NCBI GenBank assembly: GCA_951406725.2 | Contig: OX597832.1 | Coordinates: forward strand, 44,950,001-45,014,000 | Reading direction: 5' to 3' | Length of the DNA stretch: 64,000 bases | Origin: Octopus vulgaris | Taxonomy: Eukaryota | Shown: positions 11,921-25,895 of the stretch, one piece after another | Layout of the letters: every line of letters starts with the position of its first letter | Numbering within the stretch: position 1 is the stretch's first letter | Translations under genes and position numbers: made by a program | The notes under the pieces: model-generated | What the model saw: only the letters and a program-made list of their open reading frames with translations | What the model was told of the DNA's origin: nothing | Database searches by the model: none

Positions 11921-12494
11921 AATAAATCTCCTCCAGCTGGCTAATGACACACTGTCTAATCAGACACTGACTAATTGGACACAGACAGTGTGTTGTTAGC
12001 CAGCTGGAGGAGATGTCCTCCTGGGGGCTATAAACAACAGTAACATCGTCCTCTATGGGTCCGCCACATTTAGGTGGCAAATATACTTCACAATATGGTG
12101 CTGCTACTGTTTACATCTTGCTCAGAGATTAATTATTGCTTGTTTCTCCTTTTTTGAGATCAGTGACAGTTTGTCACTTGGAAGAGCATATAGTATTTTG
12201 CTTTTGGAATGAGTTTTCATTGCTAGCTGGTGGTTGTCACATGGTGACGGGTTACTATCCAGAAACCCAGGTGCATGTGTATTACGTAAGGCTAGAGATG
12301 GGAACGATGATTTCCTTTTGCAAATACTTATCGGACATAGACAATATATCGTTAGCCAGCTGGAGGAGATGTCCTCCTGGGGCTATAAACAACAGTAGCA
12401 TCGTCCTCTATGGGTCTGCCACATTTAAGTGGCAAATATACTTCATGATTCCATGCTGTACTGTTTACATCTTGCTCGGAGATTTATTATATAT

Positions 12495-12698
12495 ATGTGA
12501 CCGCGTGTGTACCGTTGGCGATTTTTTTCCTCCGTCTTCCTTTCTTTGGATTTTTCCTTTTCCTATGTTTCTGATGAAGATCTCCGCTCGAAACGTTAAA
12601 CCCCGCTTCTTTCCTTCTTTCCTGAGCGTCCAATAATACTATACTTGTTCCACATCCTCGCGTTGTTGTGTTTTCTGTTTGTGCTTTCATGTTTGGAT

Positions 12699-12702
<4 letters not shown>
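12495..12702 (+). mobile_element. ~200-bp hammerhead-bearing element in (TA)n (Penelope pLTR/retrozyme-like)
   Basis: Flanked by TA runs; contains GTTT-CTGATGA-A-GATC-TCC-GCTC-GAAAC-GTT-AAAC at 12567-12601. Relatives at 13075-13290(-) and 58705-58905(+). Confidence 0.6.
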
Positions 12703-12747
<45 letters not shown>

Positions 12748-12968
12748 TTTTATTCTTTTACTCGTTTCAATCATTTGACTGGAGCCATGCTGGAGCAGCA
12801 CCTTTTAGTTGAAGAAATCGTCCCCTGGACTTATTCCTTGTAAGCCTGGTACTTATTCCATCGGTCTCTTCTGCTGAACTGCCAAGTTACGGGGACGTAA
12901 ACACACCAACATCAGTTGTTAAGCAAGCGATGGTGGTAGGGGACAAACACAGACTCAAAGACACACAC

Positions 12969-13021
<53 letters not shown>

Positions 13022-15039
13022 TATAATTATTATTTAAGGGGATAAAATCCAAACTTATATATATATATATATAGTTCAAATTTACAGAAAATGAAAGACA
13101 AATATAGGTGAAGGAACAACAAGCAGATGTATTAGTTTAACGCTTGGGAAGAATGAAAAAGTCTTTGATGTTTTGAGCCTACACTCTTCTTCGAGAAAGG
13201 ATTGAGAGGAAAAAAAAAACAAAGAGAGAATGAAAAAGATGAAGAGAGAAAAAATGCGTAGGGTTTAATGATTCAATATGAAATGGCCATATATATATGT
13301 GTGCGTGTGTGTGAGTGTATATATAGTATATGCAAATAGATATATGTATGTATATATATTTGCGTGTTTATGTATATTACATGTGTAATTATGTATGCGT
13401 ACAAGTGTTTAGGTATATTATGTAAATAATGAGGCATAAATAAACAAAATCAAGACATCAGTCTTAAAATAAACACATCACATAATATCCAGACCTTAAC
13501 TAAAGTTTCCTATTTTACATAGTAATGTTTAAAGAGAGAGAGAGAAAGAAACTATATTTAGAGATTTCATTTTCTTTGATATATGCTATAGTTATTACAA
13601 AATAGATATGAAGTGAAGCAAGACGAATTGGAACAGTGCAGTTATGCCATCACTCTAAAAGAGCTTTTCATGTGTGTAAACTTCACACAAAATACAAAAA
13701 CTGATTGCTAAATTTAATGTTTGAAATTTGTATACAACACTATTTTGTTAAATGTTTTTACAAAATATTCAAAAAGAAAGAAGCCCACTAGAAAGTCCTG
13801 TTATTTTTGCAGCGTACACTGGTCCTTATTGCATAGCTGAATGATTCTGAGAGGTATGCCAGTGGAACGCAATATCCTTGTAGGGCCTTCCATCCTGGAC
13901 AGGTCAAAGGAATGCCAGGCTAATATGTTCCACCTCACTGCTTCCCAGAGGGGAAATATATGGGTTTATATAGAGTCAACCCTCTTATCTAGAAAAAAGC
14001 AAAGTTACAGAGGCATCGATGCCAATTCAAAGCCAACAAGACCTGGGTGAGGAAGGCTTCCCTTAGGGAAACATATGATGTGGTGCAGCAAAGTCCAAAA
14101 GGAAAAAGCAAGGATTCAACTGCAGAGGAGCAGAAAAGACAGCCCAGAGTTAAGAACAACAGAGAAAATTTGCTGATAGTCTATGCTCCATACAGAGAGA
14201 AGAGTTGAGTAAGACACCTACACAAAGCCAAAGGGCATCAAAAATCTGCAAGTATGACCTGGTAGCACATATCATGCATTTGCTCCTTGTTTTAGGTGTC
14301 TTATGCAGTTCTGAGCAGACACAGACACTGTCTTGGTCCTCTCACTGTTGACTCAGAGGAACATTGGAAATGCAGCAGCTGGAGGGAGAGAGGGTTGCAC
14401 CATCATTAGGCTCATATTTTCAGCTGAGTAGACTTGAGCAGTGTGATCTGGTTTTCTACAGTTGGATGCCCTTCATAACACCAACCACTCCAAGAGTGTA
14501 ATGGTTGCTTTTATGTGCCACCAGCATGGGTGCCATTTGCGTGACACCAGTATTTACCACAACCATCATTCTGCTTGGCTTGATGGGTCTTCTCAAGCAC
14601 GACATAATGCCAAAGGTCTTGGTCATTGTTTCCATGGGGCCCAGCAGTTAAAAGGAGCTTGGCCACTTTGCCTCCATGAGGTCCAACACTTGAAAAGAAC
14701 TCAGCCACTCTGCCTCGCTGGTGGGCTGCTATTGGCACAGTGGCATATATACTCTCTCAAAATGTTGGGTGCTAAAACACCTAAGAGTGATGGAAATTGA
14801 TGTTTCACCATTTTTGTGGCTTGTCAACATCACGTACCCGACAGTCTCTGATGAGGTCAACTTTGCTTTCATTCTTCGGAGGTCGATAAAACATAACAAC
14901 AGTTTTGTACTGGGGTTGGTATGTCCTACTATGTCCCTTTCCCCTTTCAACTTACGCCCCTCCCCACAAAAATGTGGCAAGGTGCCAATATTAGAAATCA
15001 CTGTTTTGATCGTTATCATGATTTTGATATTTGATTCTC

Positions 15040-15232
15040 ATAATGATGATGATGATGATGATGATGAGATCCTCAGCATCAATACCATCATCGTCATCAC
15101 TGCCATTGTTGTCATCATCAATCATCATCAATATCCTCCTCCTCCTTATCATCATCATCATCATCATCTCTGTTGCCATCACCATCTTTGATATTTTCAT
15201 TACCATCATCATTAATATCATCGTCGTTGTTG

Positions 15233-15287
<55 letters not shown>

Positions 15288-15316
15288 AATAATAATCATC
15301 ATCATCATCATCACCC

Positions 15317-15403
<87 letters not shown>

Positions 15404-15721
15404 CCATCATCACCATCACCCTCACCATCATCATCATCACCATCATCACCATCACCCTCACCATCATCATCATCATCATCATCATCATCACCCTCATCAC
15501 CATCATCATCATCATCATCATCACCCTCATCATGATCACCATCATCATCATCATCATCACCCTCATAACCCTCATCATCATCATCATCATCATCATCATC
15601 ACCACCCTCATCATCATCACCACCCTCAGCATCATCACCACCCTCATCATCATCATCATCATCATCATCACCACCCTCATCATCATCATCATCATCATCA
15701 CCCTCATCATCATATTCACCC

Positions 15722-15772
<51 letters not shown>

Positions 15773-15870
15773 CCCTCATCACCCTCATCATCATCATCAT
15801 CATCATCATCAACACTGTCATTCTCATTGCCATCATTATCAATCAATACCAACATTTGTCATTGCTATCG

Positions 15871-15902
<32 letters not shown>

Positions 15903-15930
15903 GTCATCATCGTCATCATCATCATCACCG
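15040..15930. repeat. (CAT)n / (CAC/CCT)-interrupted trinucleotide tract
   Basis: Direct. Confidence 0.95.
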
Positions 15931-16159
15931 GCATCATTGTTATCGTGTCTCTTTCACATCCTTGACTCCATGCTGATGACAGATCCAGTTGTGAATCTAC
16001 TCCACTGAACGGATGACATTTTGGTTCAACTTTGTTATTTAATTAGAATCTACCACTTTCTCCCGTCTCCCAGGAATCGATGCACTTCAACCAATAAATC
16101 AACCTATTTTGGTATTCTTCAGCTGCAAATTTCTGGATTTGGAAACAATACACCGTCTA

Positions 16160-17130
16160 TACGTGTGTGTGTGTGTGTTTGGGGGGTGTATTTGTATGTG
16201 TGTGTGTGTTTACAAGTTTTTGCTTGTGTCTCTCTGTGAATGTGTAGATGAGGCTGTATGCGTGTCTGCAAGTATAAATATAGTGCGTGTGTATGTGTGT
16301 GTTTGTGTGTGTATGCATGTGTGTGTGTGTGTATATCTGTGTGTATGCATGTGTGTGTATGCCTATGTGTGTGCGTGTGTGTTTGTGTGTGTGTATATGT
16401 GTGTGTGTGTATGCATGTGCGTGTATGCATGTGTGTATGCATGTGCGTGTATGCATGTGTGTGTGTATGCCTCTGTGTGTGTGTGCGTGTATATGCATGT
16501 GTGTGTATGCAAATGTGTGTGTGCATGCGTGTGTATGCAAATGTGTGTATGCAAATGTGTGTGTGCATGCATGTGTATGCAAATGTGTGTGTGCATGCAT
16601 GTGTATGCAAATGTGTGTATGCATGTGTGTGTGTATACCTCTGTGTGTGTGTGCATGTATATGCATGTGTATGTATGCAAATGTGTGTGTGCATGTGTGT
16701 GTGTATACCTCTGTGTGTGTGCGTGTGTTTGTGTGTGTGTGTATGCATGTGTGTGTATGCATGTGTGTGTATGCATGCGTGTATGCATGCATGTATGCGT
16801 GCGTGTGTGCATGTGTGTGTGCATACCTCTGTGTGTGTGCGTGTATATGCATGTGTGTGTATGCATATGTGTGTATACATGTGTGTGTGCATGTGTGTGT
16901 GTATACCTCTGTGTGTGTGTGTGTGTGTTTGTGTATGTGTATACCTCTGTGTGTGTGTATGTATGCATGTGTGTATATGCATGTGTGTGTATGCATGTGT
17001 GTGTGCATGTGTGTGTATGCCTCTCTGTGTGTGTGCATGTGTTTGTGTGTGTATGCATGTGTGTATATACATGTGTGTGTATACATGTGTGTGTGTGCAC
17101 GTGCGCACGCACGTATGTATGTATGTATGC
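16160..17130. repeat. Compound (TG)n/TATGCA alternating purine-pyrimidine tract
   Basis: Direct; about 1 kb. Confidence 0.95.
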
Positions 17131-17257
17131 ATCATCATCATCATTACTTAACGTCCGTTTTCCAATGCTGGCATGGGTTGGATGGTTTGACCTGATGCTG
17201 GCCAGCTGGGAGCTGTCCATACTCCAACCGTCTGTTGTGGCATGGTTTATGTATGTA

Positions 17258-18400
17258 CGTGGTCTGATCAATAAGTATCTGGACTGTTGCTATAGTAACA
17301 AAACTAAAGCATGCAGAGCGAAGCTGCTTGACACAGATTGACCTTAAACTCTGCTGTGCACGTGCACTAAGTTTTAACGTTCTAGCTCACTTTCGCTGTT
17401 CACAGCAATGCTTGGAAGGAAGGTGTGTAGCGTGTGATCGTTGCATTGACCATGATAGATAAAGTTGAGCAGAGAATCTGCATCGAATATTGTCAAAAGC
17501 TTGGCAATACCTGATCAGAAGATTATGCAAAGTTGCAGAAAGTGTATGGAGAGGAGTATATGAGCCACACACAAGTGTACAAGTGATTCAAAAGTTTTGG
17601 AGATGATGAAAAATGTTGATGGTGACAAACGTTTTGGGTGACCTGCAACCAGCAGAACTGAGAAAATCATTTCAGACGTATGAGCAGCTGTGGGGAGAAA
17701 TTGTTGAATCACCATCTGTGAGTTATCAGAGGATGTGTAGATTAGTTACAGTTCAGTTCAGTCCATTATCACTAAAGATTTGGGTATGAGATGCATATCT
17801 CCTAAGTTTGTGCCAAAACTGCTTTTAGATGACCAAAAAGACACTCGGGTTTCAGTTGTACAAGATCTCCTTGATTTTGTCAAGAACAATGAAGACTTTT
17901 TGAAAATGGTCATAATGGGTGATGAATCATGGGTCTAAAGCTATGACCCCAAAACAAAGGCTCAGTCTTAGCATTGGAAGACTCCAACCTCTCCTGTCAA
18001 CAGAATGTGAAGACACCATTGACCATTTTCTTCGACTACAAGGGGTTGTTCATCATGAGTATGCTCCACACACTCAGACAGTAAACAAGGAGTACTACGG
18101 TGATCTTTTGCAGGATGCTATTCGTCAGAAAAGGCCACAATTACATGTGTCCGGTGAGTGGCGATTGCACCATGACAACGCACTTGCCCATTCTGTAGCA
18201 GTTTTTGGCGAGGCACAGCATTCCCTAGGTCTGACAGCCACCGTATTCCCCAGATCTCACCCCTTGCGACTTTTTTCCTCTCTCCAAAAATCAAATCCTG
18301 CTTGAAAGGAAGATTTCAGGACATCGAGGAAATCAAAGTCAGAGCGACAAGGCAGCTGCTGATTATCCCAGAAAGCAAGTTTCAGAAATGCTGCCATCAA
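17258..18400 (+). mobile_element. Decayed mariner transposon, right end missing
   Basis: TA + TIR-like CGTGGTCTGATCAATAAGTATC; remnants of PKLL, GDESW, LHHDNA and PYSPDL motifs with many stops. Confidence 0.88.
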
Positions 18401-18407
18401 TAAAAAA

Positions 18408-18417
18408 TTGGTGGTGG

Positions 18418-18466
<49 letters not shown>

Positions 18467-18492
18467 GGTGGTGATGGTGGTGGTGGTGGTGG

Positions 18493-18526
<34 letters not shown>

Positions 18527-18528
18527 GG

Positions 18529-18574
<46 letters not shown>

Positions 18575-18648
18575 GGTGGTGGTGATGATGATGATGGTGG
18601 TGGTGGTGGTGGTGGTGGTGATGATGATGATGATGATGATGGTGGTGG

Positions 18649-18697
<49 letters not shown>

Positions 18698-18723
18698 GGT
18701 GGTGGTGGTGGTGGTGGTGGTGA

Positions 18724-18757
<34 letters not shown>

Positions 18758-18762
18758 GGTGG

Positions 18763-18796
<34 letters not shown>

Positions 18797-18801
18797 GATG
18801 A

Positions 18802-18835
<34 letters not shown>

Positions 18836-18852
18836 GGTGGTGGTGGTGATGA

Positions 18853-18886
<34 letters not shown>

Positions 18887-18917
18887 GGTGGTGATGATGA
18901 TGATGATGATGATGATT
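18408..18917. repeat. Alternating (GGT)n/(GAT)n block microsatellite
   Basis: Direct. Confidence 0.95.
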
Positions 18918-19647
18918 GTCATTATTGTCTTGGTGTTTGGTACATGTATTTACATGAAATTTGCACAGAACGTTTCAATTTAAAACAGGAAAAATTTGTA
19001 TCGTAGAATCACAGGTACTCTTAGGCAGGTCAGTATTAAAAAAGGGTTAAAAAAGGGTTAAACACACACGCACACATTTAAAAAAACAAAAAGACACGTA
19101 ATTATGGAAGCCTAATCAGTAACAATGAGAGAATTTCACCAATAAATCAACAGCCATTGAAAGCTCATTGACATTGAAAAGTTTGATGGATTTAAATGTC
19201 AAACCAATTTCTGCACTGCACTGTGTCATTTGTACAAAATGATTTTGACATTGTATACATTTAACATTTCATTTAAAACATTTAATTTTGTGTTATTGAA
19301 TTTAAAATACTGAAAAAAAAATTTAGGTACAGCTGTGGCTGAGTGGTAAGATATTTGCTTCCTAACCACGTGGTTTCAGGTTCAGTCCCATTGCATGGAA
19401 CCTTGGGTGTCTTCTGCTATAGCCTTGGGCCAATAAAAGCCTTGTGAGTAGATTTGGTTGATGGAAATTGAAAGATGCCCTTCATATGTATGTATGTTCT
19501 CCCAGTCAGTGTCCTGCATATCACAGGCCTTTAATGAGGACTTGACACAAGGTGCCATGTGATGTGATTGAACCCAGAATTATGTGGTTAGAAAGCAAAG
19601 TTCTTAACCATACAGTCATGCCTGCACTTTCACGGAAGTTATTTATA

Positions 19648-20214
19648 TTGGGTTGTCCAAAAAGTTTGTGCCGATTTATAGTAGCTTACCTTTCGACTTA
19701 TTTTAGAACATGGTTGAGTCCATAAAATAGGATTTGACTACACGTCCATTTAGAGCACAGTTTAAGCTATCTTTTCGTGGAAGAAGGTTCATGTTCCTAT
19801 AACCTCTGTTAATTTTATAACCCTTTAAAATGGAAGATAAAAAAGTTCGTTTTTGGCACTTGATGCTTTGGGAACCAGACAAAAATTGCTGCAGCTTGGC
19901 TGAGATGTGTTACCCCACCCTCCATATTCACCAGATATTGCTCCTTCAGATTTCCACTTACTCAGGTCTCTGCAGAAATATTCTTAATGGTAAAAATTTC
20001 AATTCCTTAGATGACATAAAAAGATACCTTGATGAATTCTTTGCCATGAAACCACCTCAATTCTGGGAAGAGGGTATTTTCAAGTTAAATGAAAGATGGA
20101 GGTGCATTGTGCAACAAAATGGTTCATACTTGGTTGATTATAAATGTAATGGCAAGTATTTATTGACCGTTTTCTTTCCTCTATAAATCGGCACGAACTT
20201 TCCAGACAACCCAA
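19648..20214 (+). mobile_element. Internally deleted mariner element with both TIRs
   Basis: TA|TTGGGTTGTCCAAAAAGTTTGTGCCGATTT ... AAATCGGCACGAACTTTCCAGACAACCCAA|TA. Retains HPPYSPDIAPSDFH and WEEGIFKLNERW. Confidence 0.9.
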
Positions 20215-20503
20215 TATTTAACCCTCTAGCATTTCAACCAGCTATATCTTGTCTATATCATTTTTCTCTTTTTTTTCTCTTTTACTTGTTTCAGTCATTT
20301 GACTGCGGCCATGCTGGAGCACCGCCTTTAGTCGAGCAACTCGACCCCGGGACTTATTCTTTTGTAAGCCCAGTACTTATTCTATCGGTCTCTTTTGCCG
20401 AACCACTAAGTAACGGGGACATAAACACACCAGCATCGGTTGTCAAGCAATGCTAGGGGGACAAACACAGACACACAAACACATGCACGCATATATATAT
20501 ATA

Positions 20504-22161
20504 CTAGCAGTATCGCCCAGTGTTGCTTGGGTTTGTTTCGACCCGCTGGAATTGTAATTTTGAAAAGTAAAAATTTTGTGAACATTTTTCTGGTCGAAAT
20601 ACACCGAAAAGTGGCGACACAGCAGTGAAAAAATCGTAAAAAATAGGGATTTTCATAGAAAAAAGCATCTTTTTGATGTAAATAATTTTTGGTGTTAACA
20701 TGGTCCGATTTGAATTTTATGTTCTACGGAAGGAAGAGCAACCCTTCTTCTACCATACTCTCAATTTTGGTCAACTTGCGCCGCAGGGTCTCGGAGGAGA
20801 TAGTGTTAGTTGAAGGTTACCATTCTAGGTGCCTGAGTAACAACCTCGCGGATTTACAGATAAATGAATTAATTACTATTTTACAGAATAAAATTAAATA
20901 ATTCTTGAAAATTAATTAATATTAATATTTTTTGAACAAAGTAAATAATTTTTAAAACTTAAATAATAATTTTTTTTACACAAACGCGAACGGGGAAAAG
21001 GGGGTGGCGAATTCGATTTACATACCTTAATTTTTTCTTTTTCATGACATTGTAGCAAAATAGTAGTGAATTATATAAATACCAGCAGTACATTTTTTTT
21101 TCTGGGGTATTTTTTTTCAACCTCGTCACATATTTGCCCCTTTCAATTTAAACAAAGTCTTAATTAAGCAATTACGGCAGCTTAGCAATGGTTTCAATAC
21201 AGGCGTGACATGTGTATCTCAATTGTTCAAAACCCTTCGAATTTTTTCGCACGTGATGATATCATAGTGAAAACTTTCAATTACGCGCGCTTAGAAGTAC
21301 GCTCGCAAATTAATACTACCAAAATTTTGAAGTTCGCGCTCCGCTTGTGTGTGTGTGTGTGCGTGCTTTAGGTGTACGTAGGTATGTGTTTTTGTGTGTG
21401 TGTGTCACTGAAGCCATACATACATATATACATACATAACCTCTCTCTCTCTTTTCTCTCTCAGTCACTCACTACAAAAAGTGAATAAAAAAAGTTCAGT
21501 TATTTCTGTCTTTCACTCTGTCTGTCTCTTTACACACACTAACAAAAGCACTTCACTTACACACCACACTTTCTGTGTCGCACAACCCATCAAACACACA
21601 CACACACACTCACGCACGCACACATGTACATCAATGCTTTCGGAGTGAAATGTTAAAATATTGAGTTTTCTTGAATTTTGTCTTAATTGGGGGTGAAATT
21701 GAAAGAAATATATTATGGCATGACCGAATGGAGTACTTTGAAAAATCTTAGGTAAACTCTAATTGAAGAAATTGTGTGAGGAGTAAATCGTTATGTATTT
21801 ATTTGTTTCTGTTTGCTGTGTTTTTTTATTTTTTGAGTTGTGGTTTAAATACTTTCAGTTTAGTCTTCATCAAATCACTCTGTCGCTATTTACTTTCATT
21901 TTATTCGTTGCACACTGTGTGTGTGCGTGTGCGTGTGGTGTAAACCACATTAAGAAAAGCATTTGACATACACACCAGAATGTAAGTTTTCTGTAAATTT
22001 TGCTTAATTGGAGTTTAAATTTTAAAAACTGGACCTGGCATGACCCGATGCATTCTACTCTTAAAAATGCTAGTTAAATTGTAATTGAAGAAATCCTATA
22101 TTGTAGATTTCTATAAGTTACAAAGGGAGGCAGATAAAAATCTGCCTTTTATAATAAGAGA
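20504..22161 (-). mobile_element. Non-autonomous Helitron inserted in the (TA)n of a family A SINE
   Basis: On the minus strand: 5' TC, 3' hairpin CCCAAGCAACACTGGG, then CTAG|T. It splits a SINE into 20275-20500 and 22165-22337. Confidence 0.8.
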
Positions 22162-22878
22162 TATATATATATACATATATACGACGGGCTTCTTTCAGTT
22201 TCCGTCAACCAAATCCAGTCACAAGGCTTTGGTCGGCCCGAGACTATAGTAGAAGACACTTGCCCAAGATGCCATGCAGTGGGACTGAACCCGGAACCAT
22301 GTGGTTGGTAAACAAGTTACTCACCACACAGACTCTCCCAGAGAATTACACTTTGATACCAAACCATCTGATCCCCACCACAACCACCACGACCACCACC
22401 TCTGGTTCTGTGATGCAAGCTTCTTGTTTAAAAGTGATTTAAATTAAAAGTTTTCCCATCAAAACTTTGTGGTTATGTGTGTGGTTCCAAACACCAGCTT
22501 AATAAGTTATTTTACTAAATTCTTGATTACTTTCAAAATTAATTAAAACAAAGCCAGTATATTTCAGCAGAAATATGATAACGAAAGGGTTAAAAAAATA
22601 AAAAGTTTGTGTCATAGAACTTGAGTCAGTGGTGGTGGTGGTGGTGATGGTGGTGGTGGAGGTGGTGGTGACGGTGGTGATGGTGTTGGTGGTGGTGGTG
22701 GTATGATGATAATAAGGGATGCTGCTGCTGTTGCTAATGGTGATATTGATTGTTTTTGTTGTTTTCTTTTTGTGTATTTTCTTTTTTTGCTATCATTACT
22801 CTTGTTGTTGTTGTTTACAATGAAGACACCTCCAAATTCATTGACTGCTAACACCAATCCAAAACAAAGACTGACTAT

Positions 22879-22916
<38 letters not shown>

Positions 22917-22949
22917 GCTGCACAGATGTAGTGAGGCATATCACTATAC

Positions 22950-23360
<411 letters not shown>

Positions 23361-24005
23361 TATATAACATATAAACACATACAAAATAGTATACAAATGG
23401 TCGAGTTGCTGTTCCTAGGTAAATCAATATTTGTTGTTAACGAGTTTAACATTGCCAATATTAAATTGTAATCAATCAACAACAAAAAGAAAAAACATTT
23501 CGTTTTTGTTATACATTTTTTCGTTTGTTTGTTTATTTCTTTCTTTCTTTCTTTCTTTCTTTCTCCAACTTAAAACTTTTATCTTATCTAATAAAGTCAA
23601 AATTAAGACAAATATATAAAGTTCTATAAAAAAAAGGTTAATTTTTTTCTTTGTTTTCTGAGTTTGACTTTTAAAGAATAAATTTAATTTTTAATCAAAT
23701 AAGATATAGAAAATAGAAAATTAGTCTGTGTATATATTTATATATTCATTATCGTGGTTTTTTTTTTATTTCGTTCTGTTTTTGATTGCTTTTTTATTTC
23801 TCTTTGTTTAATTAGATTTGTGTTTAGTTAAAGAGAAATGTTAACTGCTACAGGATGAATTGATTGGAACATTGGCAAAGTTCTGAGCCAGGGGGTGGGA
23901 TATTGTTAAAATGATGGGTGAGATGTCAATAGACTGTTGGAGGTGCTGCTTCTAGAGCGTCAGAAGTGCTGATAGAGTACTGGAGTATATCCAGGGTATT
24001 GCTTG

Positions 24006-24636
24006 CGGAGGCACATGGCCTAGTGGTTAGAGCAGCGGACTCGCGGTTGAGGGATCATGGGTTCGAATCTCAGACCGGGCAATGTGTGTGTTTATGAGCG
24101 AAAACACCTAAGCTCCATGCGGCTCCAGCAGAAGGTAATGGCAAAACTTCTGCTGACCCTTTTGCCACAACTTTCTCTCACTCTTTCCTCCTGCATCTTG
24201 CAGCTCACCTGCGACGGACCGGCATCCCGTCCAGGTGGGGAACCTATACGCCAAGAAACTGAGAAACCGGCCCTTATGAGCCAGGCATGGCTCGAGAAGG
24301 AAGAAGGAAGGATCAGCTTAACTGTGGAGGCACATGGCCTAGTGGTTAGGGCAGCGGATACGCAGTCGAGGGATCGCGGGTTCGAATCTCAGGCCGAGCG
24401 ATGTGTGTGTTTATGAGCGAAACACCCAAGGTCCACACGGCTCTGGCAGAAGGTAATGGCGAAACGTCTGCTGACTCTTTCGCCACGACTTTCTCTCAAT
24501 CTTTCCTCCTGCATCTTGCAGCTCACCTGCAACGGACCGGCGTTCCGTCCAGGTAGGGAACCTATACACCAAGGAAACCAGGAAACCGGCCCTTATGAGC
24601 CAGGCATGGCTCGAGAAGGAACAAACAAACAACAAA
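24006..24636 (+). mobile_element. Tandem pair of family D SINEs
   Basis: Two ~300-bp copies (24006-24300, 24323-24636), each with A/B boxes TGGCCTAGTGG / GGTTCGAATC. Confidence 0.85.
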
Positions 24637-25840
24637 AGGGTATTGCTAGAATGTTGGAGTATATTTATTTCTTTATTGTCCACGGAGGGGATAAGCATAG
24701 AGGGGACAAACAAGGACAGACAAAGGGATTAGGTCGATTCTATCGACCCCAGTGCGTAATTGGTACTTAATTTATCGACCCCGAAAAGACGAAGGTTTGA
24801 TCCCACTAGGTGGCACCTCAAGCAAGTGTCTTCTGCTTCAGCTCAGGGTTGACCTATAACTTGTAAATAAAATTTGATTAGAAGGAAACTGTACAGAGAC
24901 CCCTTGTACATGTATGCATGTATGTATATATGTATGTATGCGTGAATGTATGTATGTATGTATATATTTATATTTGTGCTTATAGAAGAAAGAATTATGA
25001 GAGAAAAGAGTTAGCAGGGTTTAGTAATATGATTGGTTTTGGATTGAGATAGAGAATGGCTAATGAAAAGGGAGAGCTAAGTGCAAGAATATATATGGAC
25101 AGAATGGTATCTAGACAGTTCAAGTTCTAAAGAATCATTGATTTTAACCCTTTAGCATTCACATTATTCTGTCAAATGTAATGCTTGCTTATTCACATTG
25201 TTTTGAACTAATCATGGATTATCCTGTTGCTGCAAGATTTCAAAGGTGTGTTTGTATGGTTTTAGAATGACGTGGCACGTAAAAAGCACCATCCGTTCAT
25301 GGCCGTTGCCAGCCTCGCCTGACCCCTGTGCCAGTGGCACATAAAAAGCACCATCCGATCATGGCCGTTGCCAGCCTCGGCTGGCCCCCGTGCCGGTGGC
25401 ACGTAAAAAGCACCACCCGTCCGTGGCCGTTTGCCAGCTCCATCTGGCACCTGTGCGAGTGGCACGTAAAAAGCACCCACTACACTCACGGAGTGGTTGG
25501 CGTTAGGAAGGGCATCCAGCCGTAGAAACATTGCCAGATCAGACTGGGCCTGGTGCAGCCTTCTGGCTTCACAGACCCCAGTTGAAACGTCCAACCCATG
25601 CTAGCATGGAAAGCGAATGCTAAACGATGATGATGATGAGGATGATGATGATGATGATTGTTGGGTAGGTATGAAAAGTTGGATTTGGTCAGTTTTATCT
25701 TAAAACAGAGAGAATATTTGGGCTGGGTGTGGCCAGATTAAATGCCGAAGGGTCAACAGGCTTTTAGAAACCCAGGGGTTCAGCTGTAAATAGGTACTCC
25801 CTAAACATTTTAAAAAATGAAATCCATTAAGTTAGGGAGG

Positions 25841-25895
<55 letters not shown>

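Noticed and set aside
14991-18983. Long poly-Met/Ile/Asp, CV/HT-rich and Thr/Ile ORFs
   Set aside because: Stop-free simple repeats open in many frames on both strands.
24006-24085. tRNA genes at SINE heads (also 8672, 34055, 56940)
   Set aside because: A/B boxes are present, but no clean cloverleaf or terminator; each continues into a SINE body.
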